The notes under the pieces are model-generated. The model had not been told where the DNA came from, made no database searches, and saw nothing but the letters and a program-made list of their open reading frames with translations. A stretch of 64,000 nucleotides of DNA from a virus, in IMG/VR virus record IMGVR_UViG_3300029094_000045; one strand, written 5' to 3'. The position numbers were made by a program, and so were the translations under genes. Below are positions 31,553 to 40,505 of this stretch, piece after piece (positions within the stretch are counted from its first letter, which is position 1; each line of letters opens with the position of its first letter).

Positions 31553-32464
31553 ATGAAGAATTTCAAAAAGATTTTCGTGGTTTCGTGTGCAATCGTGATG
31601 GCGCTGACCTTTACGGGGTGTACCAAGAAAGAGGTGTATACAATCGAACCTCATGAAACCGCATTTCTGATTTCACTCTCTGAGGGCGGGGAAAATCAGG
31701 CGTCTTTTGAGAGTGAGGCAATGCTCGCCGAGGCAAAGGTGGCAGCCAAGCAGGTATACATTACTTACTCGAAGCGGCATCTGTCACCGACTGACATCCT
31801 TGGTACTTGGGTTCCGGACAACATGTTGGTCATCGTTAATAGAACTCCTGTTACTCGTGAATGGTCCGAGGGCAAGGATAGTGGCACCAGCACTGTCAAT
31901 CAGTCCATCTCTGCCGAAAGCAAGGAGTCTATTGGCTTCTCCGTCGGCATGAACTGCTCTGCTCAGATCTACACTGAAAACGATGCAGTCAAGTTCCTGT
32001 ATTCCTACAACAACAAGCAGCTCTCCGAGATTATGGATACTGAAATCCGTGCGCGTGTAGAAGCTGACTTTGTTGAAAAGTGCGCCAAGTACACCATGAA
32101 TGAGATCCTTGAGAAGAAGGCCGAGATCATGGAGTATGTCCGCAAGGATGTGACTGAGTATTTTGCAGAGCGCGGTATCACGATTACGGTCCTTGGTATG
32201 AAGGATGGCATTGAGTACGACGATGCGTCTGTTCAGGCTGCTATTAACAAGTCCTTTGTGGCCGAGCGCAATGACGAGGCGCAGGAGATTGAGAATCAGA
32301 CCAAGATTTCCAAGGCGAACGCAGAAGCCGAGGCGAATAAAATCATCTCTGAGTCTCTAACTGACCGGCTGATTCAGCAGCAGATGTATGAAAAGTGGGA
32401 CGGTAAGCTTCCGACTTATGTTGGCGGCGATACCAGCGTCCCTGTACTGAACGATATGAAGTAA
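31553..32464 (+). CDS. SPFH (band-7/HflC-like) domain lipoprotein
   Basis: Signal peptide with lipobox ...ALTFTGC; the C-terminal half AEAEANKIISESLTDRLIQQQMYEKWDGKLPTYV is a typical SPFH/band-7 Ala/Glu-rich helix. Confidence 0.5.
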   Translation: MKNFKKIFVVSCAIVMALTFTGCTKKEVYTIEPHETAFLISLSEGGENQASFESEAMLAEAKVAAKQVYITYSKRHLSPTDILGTWVPDNMLVIVNRTPVTREWSEGKDSGTSTVNQSISAESKESIGFSVGMNCSAQIYTENDAVKFLYSYNNKQLSEIMDTEIRARVEADFVEKCAKYTMNEILEKKAEIMEYVRKDVTEYFAERGITITVLGMKDGIEYDDASVQAAINKSFVAERNDEAQEIENQTKISKANAEAEANKIISESLTDRLIQQQMYEKWDGKLPTYVGGDTSVPVLNDMK

Positions 32465-32504
32465 CCTGTGTAAGCAGTGGCGGCTCGGAAAGACGAGCAT
32501 ATAT

Positions 32505-32587
32505 GTTTCGGTGCTGGAATCGGCAGACAGGGGAGTCTCAAAAACTTCTGCGCAAGCATGTGGGTTCAAGTCCCATCCGAAACACCA
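32505..32587 (+). tRNA. tRNA-Leu (anticodon CAA), type II, CCA encoded
   Basis: Acceptor gtttcgg/ccgaaac; anticodon stem ggagt/acttc; loop cTCAAAa; long variable arm; T arm tggg-TTCAAGT-ccca; A-CCA. Confidence 0.65.
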
Positions 32588-32717
32588 GGGCGGACGTTTC
32601 ACCGCCTCTTTTCATACATCTCCTTTCCCTCACAGATGCTTAGTGGTTCATGGGTTCCAGACATGAATCACCGTGACTGAACAAGTCGTAGCAGGTACGC
32701 AATCCTGCTCTTGATAA

Positions 32718-32802
32718 GCCATAGTGGTGGAACTGACATACACTTCCGTTTTAGGGGCGGACGCCGCAAGGATTGAGGGTTTGAATCCCTCCTATGGCAC
32801 CA
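32718..32802 (+). tRNA. tRNA-Leu (anticodon TAG, reads CUA/CUG), type II, CCA encoded
   Basis: Acceptor gccatag/ctatggc; anticodon stem tccgt/gcgga; loop tTTAGGg; 13-nt variable arm; T arm gaggg-TTTGAAT-ccctc; A-CCA. The anticodon is 5'-UAG-3', not the amber-suppressor CUA. Confidence 0.6.
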
Positions 32803-32958
32803 ATCTCGTATGGGTAGGATCTTTAGCGGTCAGATCCGGCCGCGCCTGTGCGAGATACCACCCCGAAAGGGGAAGTTATCCATGATGTCCTTTCTACGCC
32901 CGCTATTCTCGGCTCGCTCGAAAGAGTGCAGCGTGCCTTTGTAAGCCGAGTATCTTAT

Positions 32959-33031
32959 GCAGCCGTAGTGTTAGTGGTTAGCACACCTGCTTCCCAAGCA
33001 GAGAGGGCGAGTTCGAATCTCGTTGGCTGCT
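32959..33031 (+). tRNA. tRNA-Gly (anticodon CCC)
   Basis: Acceptor gcagccg/tggctgc; D stem gtgt/gcac; anticodon stem cctgc/gcaga; loop tTCCCAa; T arm gcgag-TTCGAAT-ctcgt; CCA not encoded. Confidence 0.6.
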
Positions 33032-33207
33032 CTAGAGCTCCTGTGTTTGCGTTGCCCAGCTGTTAGTAATTAGTGTGTGTTGTTATGGTTCATAAAACCT
33101 CCTTTCCGCTTGGCGATATAGGAACTCATTTACCTCTTTTCTTCCTTATTATTCCCGGCTCCATGGCGCATGCTGTGGCAATAAGACGTAGTAAGCCGGG
33201 TTCTTAT

Positions 33208-33279
33208 GCAGCGGTCGTATAACGGCTAGTACATCGTCCTTCCAAGTCGATGGCGTGGGTTCGACTCCCATTCGCTGCT
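33208..33279 (+). tRNA. tRNA-Gly (anticodon TCC)
   Basis: Acceptor gcagcgg/tcgctgc; D stem gtat/gtac; loop cTTCCAa; T arm gtggg-TTCGACT-cccat. Its upstream flank (gtaagccgRg...cttatgcagc) is duplicated with the CCC gene, so this is a tandem duplication that has diverged at the anticodon. Confidence 0.6.
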
Positions 33280-33455
33280 CTACAGGTACTACACCTGAAG
33301 GGGTATGGCAAGATATTTAGCGGGTATACACGTTAAATAAGTCTACTGTATGAGATAAAAGATAGAAACCATAGGAGTGGCTTCCTAATGGGACAGGATG
33401 TGTGGGTTGGCTGCCCTGAGATGAGTCTGATAACCTGTATAAAACAGACTACCGT

Positions 33456-33501
33456 GGGATAACTCGGTGTTGAAGATTGAGTTCAATTCTCAATCATCCC
33501 A
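33456..33501 (+). other. second tRNA mini-helix (acceptor-like stem plus 7-bp T hairpin)
   Basis: gggataa-(12 nt)-gattgag-TTCAATT-ctcaatc-atccc-a; no D or anticodon arms. Confidence 0.25.
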
Positions 33502-33748
33502 ATTCCACCGCGAGGTGGAAGACAGCTTTGCCCATTAGGTCTTTAACAAAATGGGGAATAGGTACATGGTGGTAAAAGGACGATCAAATAATAGCCATGA
33601 CTTCTTTGCTTGACGCCATAAGACTCGGATAGAATGGTCCGATGGGAAGTTGTCCTGCTTGGAGAATCGGGAGTGCAGGTGTACCTAATTTTATATGTAT
33701 ACAAATTTATTTCATATATTAGGAGATGCTGAATTATGGGAGGTTAAT

Positions 33749-34222
33749 ATGATAATTAAAGAAACACCAGAATATAACGTATACCAAAACAAGGATGGTC
33801 GAACAAGAGTTTACATAAAGTCAACACAAAAAATTATGTCATACCCTAAATTTATCATGGAACAAAAACTTGGCAGGTCTCTATTGGCAGATGAAGAGGT
33901 TCATCATATTGACGAGGATTTCACAAATAATGATCCTAGCAATTTGATTGTTTTAGCAAAAGATAAACATCTTGCTATTCATTTGAATGAAAAAACAAAA
34001 TATTACGATAAAATGATGACGTGTCCTATATGCGGAAAAAATTTTTTGTGGACAGCAAAATCACAATCTACATTTTACAGGACAAAAAATCGTAGAATGA
34101 AAAGAAATAAAACCAATACTGTAAATGACAGTCCGTTTTGTTCAAGAGAATGCGCTGGACACTATTCTCAAGAGCAAAAGATTCGCTACCATGGCGAAAA
34201 TGGCAGTACGCTTCGGTCTTAA
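33749..34222 (+). CDS. HNH homing endonuclease with a C-terminal zinc ribbon; its 3' end overlaps the tRNA-Leu(TAA) gene
   Basis: EEVHHIDEDFTNNDPSNLIVLAKDKHLAIH is an HNH motif, followed by CPICGKN...CSRECAGH. Start assigned to the ATG at 33749 after GGAGGT. The TAA stop lies inside the tRNA anticodon loop. Confidence 0.55.
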   Translation: MIIKETPEYNVYQNKDGRTRVYIKSTQKIMSYPKFIMEQKLGRSLLADEEVHHIDEDFTNNDPSNLIVLAKDKHLAIHLNEKTKYYDKMMTCPICGKNFLWTAKSQSTFYRTKNRRMKRNKTNTVNDSPFCSRECAGHYSQEQKIRYHGENGSTLRS

Positions 34223-34270
34223 AAACCGATGTCGAGAGGCGTGCGGGTTCAAGTCCCGCTGGTAGCACCA
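34185..34270 (+). tRNA. tRNA-Leu (anticodon TAA), type II, CCA encoded
   Basis: Acceptor gctacca/tggtagc; D stem gcg/cgc with a 12-nt loop; anticodon stem tcggt/accga; loop cTTAAAa; 13-nt variable arm; T arm gcggg-TTCAAGT-cccgc; A-CCA. Confidence 0.65.
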
Positions 34271-35228
34271 TTGTTCGAATATCAACACATAAAAAATAGG
34301 AGCAAAACAACATGAATATCGTTATTGAAACTAAGGACGACAAATATGTAGCCGGTGTTTATGCTGACGAGGGAGAGAATACCGAAAACGATACGATCAT
34401 TGATTGTGCTGTAAACGGGCTTCTTGCTATCATTCGTTTTTATATTCTTAAAGACGAAACCCTTACGATGGAAAACAAGAAGAATGTTGTGTCTGACCTA
34501 TGCGATGAAATTAAGAAAAAGCTTTTGGAAGCGATTGAAGAGGAGGACGCAGCCGTATGAATTCCATTATCAATCCTTGGGTATTCTACTGGATCAGCAT
34601 CGTAGATAATATCAGAACACTACTAATCGTCATTCTAATTGTGCTTATAATTGGAGGAGTGGTTATGTCCATGTGTACTATGAGCGATGCAGACGATTAT
34701 GGCTTTGAAAACAAAGGTGTAGCCAAAGAAGTAAAACTCTGCATCAAGGTTGCAATTGCTACTTTTGTTGTCGCAGTTCTGGTTTGTGTGACTCCTGACT
34801 CTGACACCTGCTACAAGATGCTCGCCGCTAAGATGTTTACGCAGGATAATATCAATTCCGCCACTGAGTATGTCACTGACGTGATTGACTATGCTGTAGA
34901 TAAGGTCAAAGAATTAAATCCCGTTCAAGATACGGAGGAATGAACTATGGAAGTTTATATTCTTTATGATTGCGTTGAGAATCCGGATGAGTGGGCGTTC
35001 GCTGGAGTCGAACACGTCTATGATAATTGGGATGCTGCTTACGCAAGGATGGAAGTTCTGTACAACGAATGTAAGGAAGAACACTTCGACGAGAAAGACG
35101 AAGATGGAGCCCGTGATACCTATATTGATGGCTGGGGTGCCTGTGTTGAAAATACTATTACGGGCTACCGTCATACGTGGAATATCACAAAGGAAAAGGT
35201 CGGCAGCTACAGCGAAAGGGAATAAGCA

Positions 35229-35633
35229 ATGGGAGGTAAGACCAGTCGCGATAGTCGCGAAAGGTACAATAAAAAAACATACGATCGAATCAACCTGATG
35301 ATTAGGAAAGATTCGCCGATCAACAAAGATTGTATCGCAAAGGAAGCGCAACGTGAAGGGAAGAGCTTGACAGGTTATATCCTTGATGCTGTTTGTGATC
35401 ACATCGAAAGAGAGAAACAACTCGAAAATTTTCCTACTTGTCCAGAATCTAATCTTGAGCCTCCGAAGGTTTTTGATGAGAACGGTTTGAGATACGAACT
35501 CAACTATCGTGAAATGTGTTGTCTCCTTTATAAGGCATTGAGGGATGACCCAAATCTGACAGAAGGTATGAGAAAATCACTCATTGGAATTATTCGTCAG
35601 ATGCACGACACCTTGATTGACGTTTCGTGGTGA
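35229..35633 (+). CDS. ribbon-helix-helix (CopG/Arc-like) DNA-binding protein
   Basis: N-terminal SRERYNKKTYDRINLMIRKD...KSLTGYILDAV has the RHH pattern. Confidence 0.35.
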   Translation: MGGKTSRDSRERYNKKTYDRINLMIRKDSPINKDCIAKEAQREGKSLTGYILDAVCDHIEREKQLENFPTCPESNLEPPKVFDENGLRYELNYREMCCLLYKALRDDPNLTEGMRKSLIGIIRQMHDTLIDVSW

Positions 35634-35893
35634 GCCCAATGGAAAGAAAGTTCAAATATGGAGACATTGTGGTACTCGATGGAGACATTGTCCACGAGGA
35701 AGACACTAATCACAATATCTCGGGTAGAGTGGTTGGATATTCTTTTAATCCATTCGAAAGTTGTCCCACCGTAGAAGTATTTACTCCATTTAAGTTTGGA
35801 GAGAAAAGACTTTCTACAGTAGATTTCCTTGGTGACGATTGGTGGAGACTAGTCAAAGAACCGACCGAGTGCTACTGCGAATCATTGCTTTAA
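35627..35893 (+). CDS. ECxCxSLL tail-family protein (ends EPTECYCESLL)
   Basis: 88 aa; KYGDIVVLDGDIVHEE resembles the PGD-V-x-R-DL start of the tandem family. Confidence 0.5.
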   Translation: MVSPMERKFKYGDIVVLDGDIVHEEDTNHNISGRVVGYSFNPFESCPTVEVFTPFKFGEKRLSTVDFLGDDWWRLVKEPTECYCESLL

Positions 35894-36141
35894 TTTTCGC
35901 CCAACAAAGTCACTTTTCAATATCTGAACCAAATAATGGAATAGAAAGGAGGTTTATAAGATGCAAATCAAGTATGTTGATGGCCATTATGAAATCGTGT
36001 CGGCGGATAATGGCCAGTTTATTCAGTCGGCCGACACGTGGGACGAAGCTCTGAATGATATGAAGGAGCTATTACAAACAAGGTGAAACGGGCACACGGC
36101 TCGTTTACATAAAACTTTTTAATTAAAAAGGAGTAACAACT

Positions 36142-36567
36142 ATGAAGGCAACTGTTAAGTACAATTCTCTGTTCATCACCAGCGCATACGACATTGAGAC
36201 CCTGAAGAAGGTGGCCAAGTTCCGCAAGGAGGCTCTGACTCTGTACAAGGGCGAAGGCAAGGATAAGACTCCTGTGTGCAGCATCGCTGTCAGTAAGACC
36301 GCCGTTGCTAACAACCTGGGCATCACTTTCGCCAAGGACTCTGCTACCGAGCCGAAGCTCGCCACCATGAGCATTGACCTGCCCGATGATGCAAACACTA
36401 CCGAGAAGATCAACGCTTTCGTTCGTGACAAGCTGGGCCTGACCATTGTCAACTGCATCAAGATCGAGGAGCAGATCGCCGCTGCTCTGACCGAGATCGC
36501 TGGTGACGAGGCCGCTATGAACGCCGTCATCACTATCGAGAATGAGCCCGAGCACGCCGCCGAGTAA
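36142..36567 (+). CDS. hypothetical protein, first gene of the Ubl/JAB/E1 cassette
   Basis: 141 aa, with a strong GGAG RBS. Confidence 0.4.
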   Translation: MKATVKYNSLFITSAYDIETLKKVAKFRKEALTLYKGEGKDKTPVCSIAVSKTAVANNLGITFAKDSATEPKLATMSIDLPDDANTTEKINAFVRDKLGLTIVNCIKIEEQIAAALTEIAGDEAAMNAVITIENEPEHAAE

Positions 36568-36706
36568 GAGCTCCGCTGAGTAAGCGTTAAGCGCCGCTAT
36601 GGTTCCACGCCGGATGTTCCAGAGCAATACGTCCGGCATTCGTTAAGATGATTCGTCAAATGACGTTTCTACAATAATTTTTCAAATTGAAGAGGAGATA
36701 CATAAT

Positions 36707-36943
36707 ATGCTGCAGATTACTGTGGGTACCAACACCAATCGTAAGGTCGTCATGATTCCTGAGGATTACACCCTGCGTCAGTGCCTTGAGGAGAATGGCG
36801 TCAACTACTCCGCTGCCCAGACTTCTCTGGATGGTTGCGTCCTTCAGCCTGGAGATATGGACAAGACCTTCGCTGAGATGGGCATCACCGAGAAAGCTTA
36901 TCTGGTTTCCGTCCAGAAGATGGATAACGCTCTGGCCGCCTAA
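36707..36943 (+). CDS. small ubiquitin-like (beta-grasp) candidate protein ending ...NALAA
   Basis: 78 aa. MLQITVGTNTNRKVVMIPEDYTLRQCLEENGV...LDGCVLQPGDMDKTFAEMGITEKAYLVSVQK has the same strand/helix spacing as ubiquitin and ThiS/MoaD. It ends in Ala-Ala, not Gly-Gly. The fold is inferred from pattern only. Confidence 0.35.
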   Translation: MLQITVGTNTNRKVVMIPEDYTLRQCLEENGVNYSAAQTSLDGCVLQPGDMDKTFAEMGITEKAYLVSVQKMDNALAA

Positions 36944-37097
36944 TTCTGGGCGAATTTAAAATCCGAATGTAAATCTGTTTTTGGTTACAACAGATAAATA
37001 GCATTGCAGCCGCTGGCAGGCCGGTTAAAGTCTGCCTTATATATGTCCAGTATCTGGGCTTGATAATGCAATCACAAATTTTAAGGAGGAAGTTTAT

Positions 37098-38573
37098 ATG
37101 GCGTTCTCTGGTATTAAAACCAAGCTTGGTTCGCCCGAGTGTGAAGAATATTTCAACTCGATTGTTTACCGAAATGACTTCAAGGATGAAGACAATACCA
37201 TTGTGACGATTCTTCGTGCGATGATGAACGAGAAGCGGCTGGCAACTTTTAATGCAAAACCTGACGTGAAGGGCAAGATGCAGGTCCAGACTATCAACAA
37301 GGAAATTCGCTTTACGGGCGAGACTGCAAAAATTGACGCTGGCTACTATGGTGGCGCACATGGCCCTTTCAGTCAGGCAATTATCGGCCTCTGGTTGGTC
37401 TTCATTCCGAACAAAAATGCTTCGGACTACATCAAACAGGTCAAGGAATTCGACGAAGACTATAAGAAGCTTGGTTGGTCTCGTCTGGAAGATGTCTCTC
37501 TCTATCTGGATCGTAGCGGTGAGATTCTGGCGTATCAGAATGAAAAGAAGCAGGCCACAATTCTGTTTGCGCCGACGGCAAAGCGGATTCAGACCATGCA
37601 GATGGCGGCGAGTTGTATTTCTCGAATCTTTCCGTGGGCGTTCAAGGATTGTTCGCTGTCTGAGGACGAAATTGCATTCCTGAAACTGTTGAGTGAGCAG
37701 AAGTATACGGAGTTTAACGCAGCTATGGAAAGAAGCTACGCTGCGTACAACTTCTATGTTAAAAAGCTCCAGACTATTCTGCATGGGTTCTGTGACCAGA
37801 ATTATTCTCGCATGATCAAGAATCAGGAAGAGCGGGTTCGTCGTGCAGAGCGGACTGTTGATGACTATTATCGCAACGTAAGAAGCGCTCAGGACAGCCT
37901 CGAAGAAGAGCAAGGGAAGCTTCTGAGCCTGAGAAATCGAGCTTGTAACGGCGGAGAAGATGAAAAGGAGCTGATTGATTTCTTCTCTTCGAATAAGTCA
38001 ATCACTGTTCTCGGTAAATCCGGACGAGATCTCCGTCTTGGTGTGAATTGTTACCTCAATGACTTCAACGAAGATGTCTTCAAGCAGTATGTTGAGAAAC
38101 AGGATAGGGTGTCCAGTTACATCTATAGCGCAAGCCCTTATGGTCTGGAACTGACGAAGAAGTTATTCCTCGCTATTTGGAAGGAGCATCGCTTCAACTT
38201 GAGAGTTTATTGCGAATGGATTCTGTATGACGATTGCAATGTTGAAGCGGTTTCGCAGTCCAATATGGGAGGTCGTGACGACCTGATGGAAGACCGTATT
38301 CCTCAGCCTCATATCGATGATTACCAGTGCTTCAGAGGCTACACCGGCATTCTGAACGACCTTGCACGTTCTCGTGATTATATCGGAATCATGAGTACAT
38401 TGTTGAGTTCTTCCTCTTCTATCAATTGGACCGATTCTACAGTTGTTTCCAAGCTGATGAAACGGTTGTTTGAAACCAATAAGGATACGAAGTGTCTTGA
38501 GGATAAGGATGGCAACCATTATACCGTGGCAGAGGTCGTTAAAATTCTTGAAGACGAGGCAAAGGCGGCGTAA
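37098..38573 (+). CDS. 491-aa protein of unknown function between the Ubl-like and JAB genes (candidate E2-like or adaptor component)
   Basis: Co-directional and tightly spaced within the cassette. No recognisable motif. Confidence 0.4.
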   Translation: MAFSGIKTKLGSPECEEYFNSIVYRNDFKDEDNTIVTILRAMMNEKRLATFNAKPDVKGKMQVQTINKEIRFTGETAKIDAGYYGGAHGPFSQAIIGLWLVFIPNKNASDYIKQVKEFDEDYKKLGWSRLEDVSLYLDRSGEILAYQNEKKQATILFAPTAKRIQTMQMAASCISRIFPWAFKDCSLSEDEIAFLKLLSEQKYTEFNAAMERSYAAYNFYVKKLQTILHGFCDQNYSRMIKNQEERVRRAERTVDDYYRNVRSAQDSLEEEQGKLLSLRNRACNGGEDEKELIDFFSSNKSITVLGKSGRDLRLGVNCYLNDFNEDVFKQYVEKQDRVSSYIYSASPYGLELTKKLFLAIWKEHRFNLRVYCEWILYDDCNVEAVSQSNMGGRDDLMEDRIPQPHIDDYQCFRGYTGILNDLARSRDYIGIMSTLLSSSSSINWTDSTVVSKLMKRLFETNKDTKCLEDKDGNHYTVAEVVKILEDEAKAA

Positions 38574-38587
38574 AGGAGGTTTGATTT

Positions 38588-39499
38588 ATGCAGCCCATTA
38601 AAATGACTGACGAAATTATTCGCGATGTTATGCAGGAGTTCTACAGTCAGGCTTCTGTTCTCGGTAATCTCCAGACGGATAAATTTTCTTTCAATAAGAG
38701 CTTCTCTAAGCCAGCTAAAGACGCCGTTGAGGTGAATTTCACGCTAGAAGCTTACCATGAAATGTGTGCGCTGATTGACCATTTTTCGACTGAAGTTGCG
38801 TGGCATGGCCTGGTGAAGCGCCTTGATAAGACGCATTTCCAGGTCACAAAAATCCTGATTTATCCTCAGAAGGTGACTGGTGCCACCGTAAATACTGATC
38901 AAGAGGAGTATACCAAGTGGCTTTATGCTCTCAAAGATGAAGAGTTTAATGCAGTTCGTTTTCAGGGACATAGTCATGTAAATATGGCTACTAATCCTAG
39001 CGGTGTTGATATGCAGAATCAGTGGGATATGATCAATCAGCTCAATTCTACTGATTACTATATCTTTATGATTTGGAACAAGCGCCGTGAATACAATGTT
39101 CGCGTAATTGATATGGCTGACAATGTTATCTACAGCGGCAGCGATGTCAAGGTGACTATTGGAGCTCTTGATATGAAAGGGTTTCTCGAAGAGGCAGAAG
39201 CGCTCGTCAAAAAGCCGACACCTGTGTACAACTATGGTACCACCTACGGATCAAACGCAAGAACTTATCCGGGAGGCTCATTCGTTGGTACGACTAGCAC
39301 CGCAACCACAAAGTCGGCAGAAAAGACAGAAACGGAAGCATCGAACCCGGCGCTGAAGACTGTCACCGGTGCTGCAGCTCCCAAGGTGAATAAGGAGAAT
39401 GAGTCTAATCTCATGGGGTACTACAAGAAAAATCCGAACGAGTTGTTGGCCAATTGGAATTCTAGTTGTCTACCTTATGAGGATGCTCTGTCGAATTAA
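38588..39499 (+). CDS. JAB/MPN+ (JAMM) metalloprotease domain protein
   Basis: Exact JAMM signature FQGHSHVNMATNPSGVDMQN (HxHx7Sx2D), with upstream Glu candidates. Confidence 0.65.
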   Translation: MQPIKMTDEIIRDVMQEFYSQASVLGNLQTDKFSFNKSFSKPAKDAVEVNFTLEAYHEMCALIDHFSTEVAWHGLVKRLDKTHFQVTKILIYPQKVTGATVNTDQEEYTKWLYALKDEEFNAVRFQGHSHVNMATNPSGVDMQNQWDMINQLNSTDYYIFMIWNKRREYNVRVIDMADNVIYSGSDVKVTIGALDMKGFLEEAEALVKKPTPVYNYGTTYGSNARTYPGGSFVGTTSTATTKSAEKTETEASNPALKTVTGAAAPKVNKENESNLMGYYKKNPNELLANWNSSCLPYEDALSN

Positions 39500-39516
39500 G
39501 AAAGGAAAATGCACAA

Positions 39517-40197
39517 ATGGATTTGAGTAAGATTGAGATGATTTTTGACCCCGCATCTGTTAAGGGGCGCATTCATATCATCGGCTGTGGTTCGGTCGGT
39601 TCTACTGTGGCTGAACTGTTGGCACGATATGGTTTGACCAAATTCACTCTGTGGGACATGGACTTTGTTGAACCGAAGAATATCGTCAATCAGATGTTCT
39701 TCCAGCAGGATATCGCTCATCCCAAGGTTGAGGCTGTGGGCAACATCCTGTGTAATGTGAATCCTGATATCAAAGAGGACCTGGTTCTGATGCCCAATGG
39801 TTGGCAGGGCGAAACTGTTAAGGGTTACGTGTTCTTGGCGGTGGACAATATCGAGATTCGCCAGCAGTTCTTGGAGAAGAACAAGTACAACATCGATTTA
39901 CTCGGGGTGTTCGACATTCGGACGGGTCTCTATGATGCGCAGTGTTGGTCGGCCGACTGGAAGGATCGTAAGCAGATTGAAAACCTAAAGCGTTCCATGG
40001 CATTCACTCATGAAGAGGCCAAGGCGGCTACGCCGGTATCTGCTTGTGGCGTCGTTCAGGGCGTTGCTCCGACCGTTCGTTTCATCTGCTGTCTGGCAGT
40101 TACGAACTTCATCAATTTCGCGGAAGGCAAGCCGCTGAAGAAGCAGATCGTTGCAACCCCGTTTATTCTGGGTGAAGAGAGCGTCATGGCGTTCTGA
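39517..40197 (+). CDS. E1-like adenylyltransferase of the ThiF/MoeB/UBA family
   Basis: IHIIGCGSVGS (GxGxxG Rossmann); WDMDFVEPKNIVNQMF (D-D-VE-SNL-RQ region); HPKVEAVGNILCNVNPDI; VFLAVDNIEIRQ. Collinear with ThiF/MoeB. 226 aa, with no C-terminal CxxC or rhodanese domain. Confidence 0.7.
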   Translation: MDLSKIEMIFDPASVKGRIHIIGCGSVGSTVAELLARYGLTKFTLWDMDFVEPKNIVNQMFFQQDIAHPKVEAVGNILCNVNPDIKEDLVLMPNGWQGETVKGYVFLAVDNIEIRQQFLEKNKYNIDLLGVFDIRTGLYDAQCWSADWKDRKQIENLKRSMAFTHEEAKAATPVSACGVVQGVAPTVRFICCLAVTNFINFAEGKPLKKQIVATPFILGEESVMAF

Positions 40198-40218
40198 TAA
40201 AATCGCAAATAAATAATC

Positions 40219-40476
40219 GTGATGAATAGTTGCTCTTTTATAAGCAATGCACTCAGGTTAAACCGAGTGTGACGAATTGTCAGGACGAGGTACCCCAGAA
40301 GGGAGGGCACGTGCGCGTGCCATGACGCTCGTCACCTGGTGAATTACGAGGCCACCTCGAAAATGCGAACCAAATACAACGATGAGACGTAGCAGCAAAC
40401 GCGGCCGTGATCTAACGTGCCGGCTAACAAGGCTAACAGAGCTCAGCGGATGCAGGAACCAACCTGTTTAGATCAC
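40219..40476 (+). ncRNA. conserved structured non-coding element, copy B, directly upstream of the RT gene
   Basis: Homologous blocks with copy A. Stem cactc/gagtg at 40250..40269. Internal palindrome ggcacgtgcgcgtgcc. Ends ~30 nt before the RT start codon. Confidence 0.4.
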
Positions 40477-40505
40477 GATTTTTTAAATTACATAAGGAGA
40501 AATAT

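Noticed and set aside
32718-32802. Amber-suppressor tRNA
   Set aside because: The loop is tTTAGGg, so the anticodon is 5'-UAG-3', which decodes CUA/CUG for Leu. It is not 5'-CUA-3'. No suppressor candidate was seen in this window.
34068-34343. 91-aa minus-strand ORF
   Set aside because: It is antisense to tRNA-Leu(TAA) and to the HNH gene 3' end, so it is spurious.
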